DNA of 64,000 nt. Source: an uncultured cyanobacterium. GTDB taxonomy: Bacteria > Cyanobacteriota > Cyanobacteriia > Phormidesmidales > Phormidesmidaceae. Shown in pieces: positions 33,015-42,298 of this stretch. The translations under genes were made by a program, and so were the position numbers. The notes under the pieces were generated by a model that did not search any database, had not been told where the DNA came from, and saw only the letters and a list, made by a program, of their open reading frames with translations. Position 1 is the stretch's first letter. Every line of letters begins with the position of its first letter. The stretch is taken from contig CAWBZI010000002.1 of NCBI GenBank assembly GCA_963793265.1, forward strand, positions 128,001-192,000, read 5' to 3'.

Positions 33015-33743
33015 TTACTCAGATGCAGGCGTTGTCAGCGCCATAGACTCAAGAATTGTTGAGAGTGCCGTTGGATACGTTTCACTACCTTCAGAGGGTA
33101 CGTATTCAGCAGGCGGTCTGTACGCGGTTATTATAACCATCAGACCGTTCGCGGCATGAAAAATAATGCCATCATATTCAAACAGTGACCTGTAGGAGAA
33201 CGTCCACGCGTCTTGACCAGCAACGGTTGTGTCGGGTGTCCGTCCTGTTATACCCTCTATTTCTACACCAAGCGACTCACCAGGCCGACCAGATATCCAA
33301 TCTAGGGCAGGAATTCTGTCGGGATTGCTGTATACAGATATTCTGAGCTTGTCTGGAAAGTCTCCTAGCTCATCACCCGCATTTTGAATTGCTAGATAGT
33401 CTTCCTTGCTCCAAAGGGACGTAGAGCTTCTCAGAAGAGATAGGGGATCGCGCTGCTCTGGCCTAGAAGATGAGAGTACGAACAAGTTTGGATCGTAGTC
33501 AAACTGAATAGCGGGCTCGTTCAGCGTATACGTAGCTTTGCCAATTGCGGTACTAAGCTGTTCGGATGACTCCTCTGATAGGGTCTGCGATATTTCTTTG
33601 GGTAGAGCTTGCGTAGACATGTTTGTTTCAAGGAGGTTTGTATTAGAAGCCTGACTGGGACTGAGATAGCCTAGCGATGCTACGGCTGTTATAGTTATCG
33701 TAGAAATTGCAGTAGAGAGTAGAAGCTTATGCTTAGGGTTCAT
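33015..33743 (-). CDS. Secreted hypothetical protein
   Basis: 242-aa ORF with Sec-type signal peptide (..SPSQA). Confidence 0.7.
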   Translation of the reverse strand: MNPKHKLLLSTAISTITITAVASLGYLSPSQASNTNLLETNMSTQALPKEISQTLSEESSEQLSTAIGKATYTLNEPAIQFDYDPNLFVLSSSRPEQRDPLSLLRSSTSLWSKEDYLAIQNAGDELGDFPDKLRISVYSNPDRIPALDWISGRPGESLGVEIEGITGRTPDTTVAGQDAWTFSYRSLFEYDGIIFHAANGLMVIITAYRPPAEYVPSEGSETYPTALSTILESMALTTPASE

Positions 33744-34065
33744 GACGCTTTTCTCAAATGGTTTTTACATGCAAAAGTGAATGTGCCTGTAGCAGCACCG
33801 GTTAGTGAGATTCACTCTATCTACATCTGTATAGGTGCGGAAAAATCGACCTTATGCACATTTTTTTAAAATGCTGCCTATTGCTCATAGAGAACAAAAT
33901 TGGTAACCTTACCGATATCTCTCATCCATATCGCGATGATTATGCAACCCACTCTAAAGACAATTTTAAAGTTGTTCTCGTCGAGGCGCTGCATAATTTT
34001 TACCTTCTGTCGCTGAGATCTGACATGCGGCAAAGCACTTTACCTAAGTAGTATTTTCTCTCGTC

Positions 34066-34956
34066 ATGGAATCAAACTTTTTAACGGCTGTCTTTCTTCC
34101 CCTGGCCTTGTTTGTCATTATGCTCGGCATGGGGCTAGGACTGAGTGCCGCCGACTTTAAGCGGATTGCGATCGCACCCAAAGCAGTCATCATCGGTCTA
34201 CTTGCGCAGCTAGTAATGCTCCCGCTAATCGGCTTTCTCTTCGCCTCCATTTTCCCCCTTTCACCAGAGCTAGCCGTTGGCGTGATGATACTAGCCGCCT
34301 GTCCTGGCGGGCCAACGTCTAATCTGGTGACCTACCTGGCAGTAGGAGATGTGGCACTTTCTATTACGCTCACGGCAATCAGCAGTATCATCACCGTATT
34401 CACCATTCCGCTCGTGGTCAATCTAGCCACGAGTAGCTTTATTGGGCAGAACGTTTCACTTCAGCTACCCTTTGGAGAAACAGTGCTCCAAATTGCCGTT
34501 ATCACGATTATTCCTGTAGCACTAGGCATGTTACTGCGCCGCTATGCACCCCAGTTTTCAGCCAAAGTTGAGAAAGGAGTGAAGTGGCTTTCGTTATTTT
34601 TTTTAGCGCTGATTATCTTTGGCCTACTGCTAAAGGAGCGGGCGAGCGTGGTTACTTTCTTTTTGCAAGTCGGCTGGGTGACGCTAGCGCTGAACGTAGC
34701 GACAATGGTTCTAGGCTACTTAATTGCAACGGTAGCTAGGCTTGGGCAAAAAAGTGCGGTTGCCGTTACCTGCGAAGTGGGGATTCAAAATGGAACGCTT
34801 GCGATCGCAGTGGCAAGCGCGCCAACGCTGCTAAACAATCCAACGATGGCCATTCCAGCCGCCATCTATGCGCTGCTTATGTTCGCAACAGGCGGGCTCT
34901 TTGCACTATGGGCAAGAGGCAAACAGAGTCCTCGCGCTATCAAAGATTCTGTTTGA
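34066..34956 (+). CDS. Bile acid:sodium symporter (BASS) family transporter
   Basis: MLGMGL, CPGG.TSN, GDVALS, EVGIQNG motifs; multiple TM helices. Confidence 0.93.
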   Translation: MESNFLTAVFLPLALFVIMLGMGLGLSAADFKRIAIAPKAVIIGLLAQLVMLPLIGFLFASIFPLSPELAVGVMILAACPGGPTSNLVTYLAVGDVALSITLTAISSIITVFTIPLVVNLATSSFIGQNVSLQLPFGETVLQIAVITIIPVALGMLLRRYAPQFSAKVEKGVKWLSLFFLALIIFGLLLKERASVVTFFLQVGWVTLALNVATMVLGYLIATVARLGQKSAVAVTCEVGIQNGTLAIAVASAPTLLNNPTMAIPAAIYALLMFATGGLFALWARGKQSPRAIKDSV

Positions 34957-34957
34957 A

Positions 34958-36607
34958 TTAAGGCATGAAGATGTTTGCAATACCAATAGTCTTGCTACGT
35001 TCTTCTTGAGTGTGAAATTTCTTTCTAGCCCTACCGTCTTTACGCCTAATGCCGCTGCTACCGCTTTGATCCTCAGCACCTCTTTTTTCTAACTTTCGCT
35101 GCACAGTAACCTTTGGCCTAAACTGGTTAAGCTTTGGGATGCCAAGCCCTCGCAGACTCGTCGTTTCTGGAGCGGCAGGCTGATTGAACAATACAGAAAA
35201 CAAACTTCTCGGCTCAGCTAGACTACCAGGCGGCTCAGTCAAAAGAGAATCGCTCGCAACTATCTTCTCCCAGTCCAGCGGCTTTAGTAGCGGTGACTGG
35301 CCTTTAGCACACCAAACCTTCTCCATCGCCTGCAGAAATTCATGGGCAATGATGCCATAGCCAAGCGTCGTCGGGTGCGTACCGTCGAGACTGAACAAAC
35401 CGCCTTTGTAAATATTATCGGGCGTTTTAGGCTCTGGGTCTAGTCGGAAATACCTCGTATCGAGAAGCACCTCATCGTCGGCGGTAACCCGGTTGTTCGT
35501 TCTAGGATTAGCGCGCAGTGCGGCTACTAGCTCGGAGGGGAAGGTGTAGCGACTCGCACCCTGCTGACGGCGAAACGCCAGCTTGTCTAAGCTGTTCGCC
35601 ATATCAACTAAGTGCCAGCCGTAGCGGTTAGCTTCGACTTGAATCAGAAAGTTGTATTCATCGACGACGGCATCTATTTTTTTGACCTGCGATCGCGTCA
35701 AATGAGGATGCTGCTCTGGGTCAAACTCGCTGTCCCAAATCCAAAAGTGAGTGTAGTACTCAAAGTAGCCGTCAGCGTCCTGCCCTTCACCGGGCGCTGC
35801 CCCAGGCGTCACGCCACGACTAACGGGTGGAATTGTCACATGGGGAACATTGCCGATAAACACATTTTCTGCGCCCAACGCCGCTACCTTTTTGGCCACG
35901 CGGCGTAGCACTGGCTTGAAGTGCTCAGGCCGCCACAGCGTCGCTGTTCGTAGATGTAGCGGCTGGCTAGCTGTCTCTTCTGTAGACCATTCCACATTGA
36001 GATTGACCATCGTTTGCAGGCAGTGGTTGCTACCTAGCCAAAAAATAAGATTATCAATACCGTCTGCCTCAGCAATCTTCTGAGCAACGCCTAGCTGAGC
36101 TAGCGACTGATACTGCCGTGTCTGGCTAGGATTTAGCGTTCGCCGGGCCGTTCGATACAGCGCAAACTCAGGCTGCTGCTCAACAGGGTCATCTTCTGCA
36201 GGTGGGATGAACTGCTGAACAACCTCATCAGAGAGCGTATCGCAATCTGGCAGTTGAAAGCCCCAAACAGAAAGATTACGGTGCAGCGGGCCAGTTGCCG
36301 ATGGGAGAGTTCCTTCGCCTCTCTCCCAATAGTCTTCAACAATATCCATAAACTGTCCAATAGCGAGCTGTAGTAGTTCAGGGTTCGCCTGAAATAAGCA
36401 GCTACCAAACTGAGCCTCTAGATAGTTCAGCAAGGCTTCTAGATTGAGCGGCAAACCGTCTGCACCTGAAAAGTCAGGGATATGGAAGTCACAGTCTCTC
36501 AAGCACTCAGCAATCAAAGCTGGGAAAGACAAATGCGTTTTAGAAATACTGCCATTGAGAAAACCCTCACTAACACTATCACCAATAACAACAAGTTTTG
36601 CAGGCAT
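34958..36607 (-). CDS. SGNH/GDSL-like hydrolase
   Basis: IGDSVSEG block I, WLGSN block III, SLDGTHP (DxxH) block V; AGGAGG upstream. Confidence 0.8.
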   Translation of the reverse strand: MPAKLVVIGDSVSEGFLNGSISKTHLSFPALIAECLRDCDFHIPDFSGADGLPLNLEALLNYLEAQFGSCLFQANPELLQLAIGQFMDIVEDYWERGEGTLPSATGPLHRNLSVWGFQLPDCDTLSDEVVQQFIPPAEDDPVEQQPEFALYRTARRTLNPSQTRQYQSLAQLGVAQKIAEADGIDNLIFWLGSNHCLQTMVNLNVEWSTEETASQPLHLRTATLWRPEHFKPVLRRVAKKVAALGAENVFIGNVPHVTIPPVSRGVTPGAAPGEGQDADGYFEYYTHFWIWDSEFDPEQHPHLTRSQVKKIDAVVDEYNFLIQVEANRYGWHLVDMANSLDKLAFRRQQGASRYTFPSELVAALRANPRTNNRVTADDEVLLDTRYFRLDPEPKTPDNIYKGGLFSLDGTHPTTLGYGIIAHEFLQAMEKVWCAKGQSPLLKPLDWEKIVASDSLLTEPPGSLAEPRSLFSVLFNQPAAPETTSLRGLGIPKLNQFRPKVTVQRKLEKRGAEDQSGSSGIRRKDGRARKKFHTQEERSKTIGIANIFMP

Positions 36608-36689
36608 TTTTGCTTCCTCCTTAAAGGATTAGGGGTTTCAGGGAGTTGTTTAGATTTCAAAGATAAAATCTCAGTGACCATCAGGCATC

Positions 36690-36725
36690 TTATGAATGTC
36701 ACCATCTAGACCATGACAAATGTCA
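36690..36725. promoter_or_regulatory. Paired operator-like palindrome
   Basis: TTATGAATGTCA-N12-TGACAAATGTCA upstream of SGNH gene. Confidence 0.65.
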
Positions 36726-36981
36726 TAGCAACGAACCTGATGGGGACTGCTAGTAAGTAGGAAGCCACCGAACAAACCTATGCACTCTTAAACGAATTGC
36801 AGTCCAGCTTTTTGTGCCGCTGCCAATGCTAATCGGAGAAGAAAGCACCTTTCATAGCGCTATCATCATCCACCTACAGCGTCTCTATGTGGTTAGACGC
36901 CCGCGTTAGCGCCGCCATACCCCCCCGCAGTAGAGACGATAGCCGCTACGCCTGAGTGAACTGAGGCACTGCCAGCAGCGG

Positions 36982-38058
36982 CTAGTTCAAATTGTCAGTA
37001 CCTGTCAACGTAAGCACGATTTCGGTCGGGGCGGTATCAACAAGGGTGCTGCTGTGTTCGCATTTATCGTCATAGGGAAAAGCGTAAGACTTTCCATCTA
37101 TACTCAACTCGTGCAAAATTTTGGCATAGTAATGAGTGGTTGAATTGAAATAGTACTTACCTGCATCACACCAAGTAGACGAATCGCTATTGAGTAGAAT
37201 TGTTCGATTTAAGGCTGCTGACACCTGATTTTTGATGTCTCCATCAATGATGCGAGCTAAGCCACTACCTGCCGGGTTAAAAACGCCATCACAGCCAAAG
37301 ACATTGTTAGAAGTTGGTTTGGGAATTGCGTGTGTGGTATTACCTGGCGCTGTCACAAAGTTAAATACGTTGTTGCCATCAACACTTCCCTTTGAAATGT
37401 AGGTCGCGCCGACAAAGGGCAGGGGCTGCAGTGTCAGCGATCGGCTTCGATACTGTTGCCAGCATTTGTCGATGTAGGCATTGAAGTAGTTTTGTGGAAA
37501 CGTGGCATCTTTCTGTGGCGCTAGAATTCTTAACTGCTTGTCGCCAGCAGCACGAATTAATGAATTAAAGGGAGACGCTTTTTGAAATGCCTTGAATATC
37601 TGACTTCTAGAAGCAGACATGCCTACGCTCTGCTTTCTACTGCCAATGAGCGTCGCCGTAATCGGCATTCCAAAAAAGTCTACGCTAGTCGTATTGCAGT
37701 AAACTGTTTTGTCTGGATTGTAGGTAAACTCAAACTTATCAAAAATGATGCTGTAATTAGGGTCTGTTTCTACATTAAATGCTGGCCCTGTAAAGCCTAA
37801 ATCCCAGAGAGGAACGGTCAAAGGCCGACCTATTGAGATCCAGCATCGACCAGAAATAATAGGTGGCGACAAGTGAATTGATCCTCGATCGGAGAGCTTA
37901 AAAAACGGCACGTTTACTTTTTGGGATTGGGGCGGCGCTTTTTGCCAACTGCCATTAGGCGTGATGTATCCCCACTTACCCGATTGTTCTCCGATAATGC
38001 CAAAATAAATATCTTTGTTGCTGTACTGGTTTGTATTGTTGATAATTGATAATTCCAT
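36982..38058 (-). CDS. GH64 beta-1,3-glucanase (GH64/thaumatin-like fold)
   Basis: DKFEFTYN, NTTSVDFF, RILAP, AALNR, YAKILH...IDGKSYAFPYDD; AAGGAG before ATG 38058/38061; no signal peptide. Confidence 0.88.
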   Translation of the reverse strand: MELSIINNTNQYSNKDIYFGIIGEQSGKWGYITPNGSWQKAPPQSQKVNVPFFKLSDRGSIHLSPPIISGRCWISIGRPLTVPLWDLGFTGPAFNVETDPNYSIIFDKFEFTYNPDKTVYCNTTSVDFFGMPITATLIGSRKQSVGMSASRSQIFKAFQKASPFNSLIRAAGDKQLRILAPQKDATFPQNYFNAYIDKCWQQYRSRSLTLQPLPFVGATYISKGSVDGNNVFNFVTAPGNTTHAIPKPTSNNVFGCDGVFNPAGSGLARIIDGDIKNQVSAALNRTILLNSDSSTWCDAGKYYFNSTTHYYAKILHELSIDGKSYAFPYDDKCEHSSTLVDTAPTEIVLTLTGTDNLN

Positions 38059-38108
38059 CATTCTCCTTTGCAAATGTTGTAACGTATCGCTAATAGCAAG
38101 CATCATAT

Positions 38109-39107
38109 TTACTTGCGGACATACTTACCTTGAGCGTTAAGAAACCAAATGCCATAGTGTCCTTCGGCTCCCTTTGGCCCTTTCCACGGTTCTGAGGAAG
38201 GAGATTTACCGTCCTGCGCGCTTTTCCAAGGTTCATCGATCGCTTCAAACAAGTAGGTCATCACACGGTTCGTTTTGGCCCACTGGCCCATTGCTTCGTA
38301 GTAGGCACGAAGATTCGATACAGTATTGTCTGTTTTATTGAAGCTATATCCTTGCGATGGCCATCCCGTTTCGCCAATCATCACCTCACACTGCGGATTT
38401 ATTTTGGCAACCGCCGTAAGGATTTGTTTAAAGGCACGATCCACCTGTTTAACGCCTTCGGTGGGGTTAGGAGCATGTTCACCCGGATAAAGATTGCACT
38501 GGATGAAGTCGCAATTTTGGATGAGTCTTTTTAGTTCGTTGTAAAAGGAGCTGTTGGGGTTGGCAATTTCTCCAAAAGTATGCGATCGCACACCCACCTT
38601 TATATTCAGTTCGTGCGCTTTCTGTTTGTTATTTACAATCATGGTGTTAACAGCATTCGCCGTTTCTGCGTTAACCACATACTCATTTGTAAAAACAAAA
38701 GAAGTTACCGTGCCAGGATAAACAGCATTCGCTGCTTTAGCCGCAGAAAAAGCAGCCTCAATTTCTATCTGCTGGTACGTCGGATTGTCGTGCTGATATA
38801 TTCCCTGCGCTACTTGAATTGCTAAAGTGCCCCTTTGCTGATTCAACCGGGAAGCCGCACCTGCAACCAGACAGTTAGCATCGAGCTTATTCCAGGGCGT
38901 TGTCGGCGGATAGTACCCTGCATAGCCCATACTGTAGGTGCTAATTCGGTCGAACTCGGTAGAGACGACCTCAAGCATTTGAATAATATCCTGCTGGCTG
39001 TATGAGTCCCAAAGGGGGACTTTAGCGTTCGGCGGTGTTCCTATCCAATGACCAACATAGGGGCTAAAAGCCACACCGAGAAATTGAGGGCCAAAAATAG
39101 TTTTCAT
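38109..39107 (-). CDS. GH17 beta-1,3-glucanase
   Basis: GVAFSPY, TNE (acid/base Glu), NLYP, IGETGWPS (nucleophile Glu), FEAIDEPWK, EGHYGIW. Confidence 0.88.
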   Translation of the reverse strand: MKTIFGPQFLGVAFSPYVGHWIGTPPNAKVPLWDSYSQQDIIQMLEVVSTEFDRISTYSMGYAGYYPPTTPWNKLDANCLVAGAASRLNQQRGTLAIQVAQGIYQHDNPTYQQIEIEAAFSAAKAANAVYPGTVTSFVFTNEYVVNAETANAVNTMIVNNKQKAHELNIKVGVRSHTFGEIANPNSSFYNELKRLIQNCDFIQCNLYPGEHAPNPTEGVKQVDRAFKQILTAVAKINPQCEVMIGETGWPSQGYSFNKTDNTVSNLRAYYEAMGQWAKTNRVMTYLFEAIDEPWKSAQDGKSPSSEPWKGPKGAEGHYGIWFLNAQGKYVRK

Positions 39108-39162
39108 GTTTTCTCTCTTGAATTAAATTGATTTGAGATGGCCAGTGCGTCGATGTGCAGCT

Positions 39163-39885
39163 CTAAAACGGTTTTTGGCCTCTAAAGTTACCTTGAGAGG
39201 TATAGCGACAAACCAGCCTATCCCTACCGTCTCTACCTTTAACTACGGCGCATCCTACTTTTGTTGTCTTTCGCCACACTATCTGCGTGTAGTGGCCCAC
39301 ATCGGCCCAGTTACCCGTCTTGCTAACATTAGGGAATGTGCCATAGACAAAGTGTTTCTTTTCATCTCCCCAGCTACCCACCATTTGGGTATAGCTAAAC
39401 CGGCCAGAGGTACCCATCCAAAGATTTTCACCTTCTCCTTTAGCCCCGCTATGCTTAAATCCGTTAGTGGCTGCAAGATGATTGGCCCATTCTTTAGCAT
39501 GATTAGCCAGCGTGTTTGACCAGGCGAGCGGCGCGACCCCAACCTGCGAGCGGTAGGAATTATGGGCATTCAAAAGCTCTTGAACCATACCGCCACCGCC
39601 TGAGGGATTGCCGGGCGGGTTGCTAGGCGACGTGCCCGATGAGACTTGCTTAAAAGAAGAGATCGCGTCGTTCCACTCATTAGTGACATAAGAATAATCA
39701 CCTGGGGCTAGCCGGAAACTCCTGCCCTGGTAGTTTGCGTGTTCAAAAAATTCCCAGGTACCCGATTCGACCTTAATTGAAGAGATTTTGTCATTCCAAA
39801 AGTCTCCGACATAGGGATATGATTTGCTCAGAGAAAGCGAGGCAGAACCAGAGAATTGAGCGTCTGTAAAAATTTTGACTGACAT
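39163..39885 (-). CDS. Beta/gamma-crystallin + CAP (SCP/PR-1) domain protein
   Basis: WNDKISSIKV..W.FFEH..YQG crystallin; HN.YR, GENLW, GHYTQIVW..T..VGC, VCRY..QGN. Confidence 0.9.
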   Translation of the reverse strand: MSVKIFTDAQFSGSASLSLSKSYPYVGDFWNDKISSIKVESGTWEFFEHANYQGRSFRLAPGDYSYVTNEWNDAISSFKQVSSGTSPSNPPGNPSGGGGMVQELLNAHNSYRSQVGVAPLAWSNTLANHAKEWANHLAATNGFKHSGAKGEGENLWMGTSGRFSYTQMVGSWGDEKKHFVYGTFPNVSKTGNWADVGHYTQIVWRKTTKVGCAVVKGRDGRDRLVCRYTSQGNFRGQKPF

Positions 39886-39946
39886 CGTAAATGTTCTGTT
39901 TTTCTTGAAAGGACAGTTTGGAAAAATTGTTCTGAGCATCAGGTAT

Positions 39947-39977
39947 CGTAGGGGCATAGCAGTGCTATGCCCCTACG
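39947..39977. repeat. GTAG-type REP-like palindrome (small dispersed repeat)
   Basis: CGTAGGGGCATAGCA-G-TGCTATGCCCCTACG, perfect 15-bp arms. Confidence 0.8.
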
Positions 39978-39990
39978 GCATTCGGCAGTC

Positions 39991-41013
39991 CTAAGTGCTT
40001 TCAACAATAATTGAGGAGGCCATATCGTTAAAGTCATCACCCAAATAAGGCGCATCCTTCGTAAACGTCTTGCGCCGCCCCTGGAATCCACCATGTTCAA
40101 AGAGAGTTACTTTCAGTCCTTTGGGCACTTTCATAGAGCTAATCGCATCGTTGGTAAATCCTCCATCATATCGACCTATGCTCAAAGCCTTGGCAGGTTC
40201 GCCATAGTCAGCGTGGCGGTAGATGTAGGCAACAGCCTGGCTGCCCGTACCGCCACCATCGGAGAAGGGATAAATTGAACGAATGAAGGCTTTGTCTGTA
40301 TCTGAAAGATATGAACTCGACTTGACCTCATAGCCATTCGTCGTTAGCTCTTTGCGAACGGAATAAAGCATGATCGACTTCGTGTCGAACTTAGAGAATT
40401 GAGTGATATCTTTTCCATACCGTGAGAACAAGTTGCTATCAACTCTCTCTCTGGGCCAGTTGTTCGGCGGCCCCATGTAGTAGCGGTAAACGGCATCGCG
40501 GTTCCAAGGAATGCCAGCTTCTGGATGCTGATGCTCGTGGATACAGCCTAAGGCATGTCCAAACTCATGCAGCACCACGCCAGAATATTCTCTATCAGAG
40601 CTATCAGGCTTTAGCCAGCCGTAGTTCATCGTAGCTTCGTTCTGATTCTTCCTGCTAAGCGCATCTGTTCCTAGCAGTGACCAAGAGCCACCGGGCTTAA
40701 AAGAAATGCGAATTTCAGCTTGTTGATGATTGCCAAAGTTGAATTTAATATTGGCAAACTGGCTCCACTGATGGGCAAACGCCTCAACTTTACGATGAAC
40801 GCTTGGATCGCCATCTAAGAAGCGAACCCGCAGCGTCTGACCGGGCTTCCACTTTTTACGCGTAATTATCGCACCGCGAGAAAGGGGCGCTGAGGGACTA
40901 TCGCCTTCTAGCAGACTATTGCTTTCTAACGGACTATTGCTCTTTAACAGAAGATCGTCTTCTGGAGAAACGTCAATACAAACCTTAGCTGATTCAAGTA
41001 GACTATCAAACAT
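39991..41013 (-). CDS. Metzincin (astacin/M12A-like) metalloprotease + beta/gamma-crystallin
   Basis: HEFGHALGCIHEH, Met-turn SIMLY, C-terminal NDAISSMKVP.G..VTLFEH..FQG. Confidence 0.88.
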   Translation of the reverse strand: MFDSLLESAKVCIDVSPEDDLLLKSNSPLESNSLLEGDSPSAPLSRGAIITRKKWKPGQTLRVRFLDGDPSVHRKVEAFAHQWSQFANIKFNFGNHQQAEIRISFKPGGSWSLLGTDALSRKNQNEATMNYGWLKPDSSDREYSGVVLHEFGHALGCIHEHQHPEAGIPWNRDAVYRYYMGPPNNWPRERVDSNLFSRYGKDITQFSKFDTKSIMLYSVRKELTTNGYEVKSSSYLSDTDKAFIRSIYPFSDGGGTGSQAVAYIYRHADYGEPAKALSIGRYDGGFTNDAISSMKVPKGLKVTLFEHGGFQGRRKTFTKDAPYLGDDFNDMASSIIVEST

Positions 41014-41064
41014 CGTTTATTTCCTGCGTGTAGTAAGGTGTCAAAAAAATAAGTTCAGCAGTCT

Positions 41065-42183
41065 CTAGCAAGAAAGGTTGCTGCCTGGAGAGACACCTAG
41101 CTCGCTAGTAAACTGCTTATAGAGCTGTATTCTGTGCTGAACTTTCGGGTTATTTTGCTGACCGCACTCAAGGCCGCCATTGATGATGTTGATGGTCGCA
41201 CCAAAGCCAGATGCGTTGATGGCCGTGTGACAGGCAGCTTTGGGCGGCTGGGGGGTCATCCAAAACCACAGAGCGCTCATAAAGGCAACGGCACTGTCTG
41301 TTGCAACCCGGTCAGGATTGTTGAGCAGGTCGATACCTAGCGCTTTTCCACAGGCGGCATAGTTGTAGTTCCACGAAAGCTGCATCGGGCCACGACCGTG
41401 ATAGGTTTTACCCGGCACGCAAGGGTACTGACCTGTCTGGCAGTAGTGGGGCCAGTTGGCCTTGTTCTCTTCTTCAATGGCTTTCAAGCTCCCTGTTTCA
41501 TGAGAGATGTTGGCCAAAAACGCCGCGGCCTCACGCTTGTTTTGCTCGCTTGTTCCATCGTTACAGAACTTAGGGTATTTTTTTGTAGCAGCGACTAGCC
41601 CGCTATAGGTGTAAAACCTATTTCGATTTGGAAACATCGTCTCAAAGGTTTGCTGTGATACGATCTTTGCAAAGCCACTGCTCGTACCAGTCGTCGGGCC
41701 AGTAGACGGGCCAGTTGTTGGAGAAGAGCCGTTAGCCTTGATGATAAGAGAAGAGGCTGTGTCGTTGAAATCATTACCCACATAAGGGGCATCGGCTGTG
41801 AATGCCTTACTCGAACCGCCAAACCGAGCGTGCTCATAAAGGACAACCGTCATTCCAGAGGGAACTTTGAGAGAACTAATGCTGTCGTTTTTAAGCTGAC
41901 CGACGTCGTATTTGCCTACTTCAAAGGTTTGGCTATCGCCAGTATACTCAGCGTGCTGATAGGCAACTACTTTACCAGTTGTTGTCGGCTGAGGCTGCGA
42001 GCTAAGAGAGGGAATTTTGAGCGTTTGCCCCAGCTTTAAATCAGGGGGCTGAATATTGCCATTGGCAGCGGAGATCTTTGACCACTGATCGCCTGCGCCG
42101 TAGTAGGCTTGAGCAATATCAAATAGAGAATCTCCTGCCTCTACAGTATGAGTAGTGGGAGGATTGCCTTGTTTCCTAGCCAT
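41065..42183 (-). CDS. LysM-beta/gamma-crystallin-GH19 chitinase (plant/Streptomyces ChiC type)
   Basis: HTVEAGDSL..IA LysM; crystallin; FYTY, KREAAAFLANISHETG, YHGRGPMQLSWNYNY, SALWFW, INGGLEC, PGSNLSC. Confidence 0.93.
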   Translation of the reverse strand: MARKQGNPPTTHTVEAGDSLFDIAQAYYGAGDQWSKISAANGNIQPPDLKLGQTLKIPSLSSQPQPTTTGKVVAYQHAEYTGDSQTFEVGKYDVGQLKNDSISSLKVPSGMTVVLYEHARFGGSSKAFTADAPYVGNDFNDTASSLIIKANGSSPTTGPSTGPTTGTSSGFAKIVSQQTFETMFPNRNRFYTYSGLVAATKKYPKFCNDGTSEQNKREAAAFLANISHETGSLKAIEEENKANWPHYCQTGQYPCVPGKTYHGRGPMQLSWNYNYAACGKALGIDLLNNPDRVATDSAVAFMSALWFWMTPQPPKAACHTAINASGFGATINIINGGLECGQQNNPKVQHRIQLYKQFTSELGVSPGSNLSC

Positions 42184-42298
42184 TGTTTTTCTTCCAAAGA
42201 GTTTAGATGGGACTGTACTTGGGACTGTGCTGTAGTAAGTCTGTAGCTGTTAACGGGCTGGCGGCTCTCTGGCCTGCCTATTCTCACTGTGCTGCTTG

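Noticed and set aside
34066..34956. BASS transporter as part of the defence system
   Set aside because: Ordinary widespread transporter with no clear shared operator or operon link
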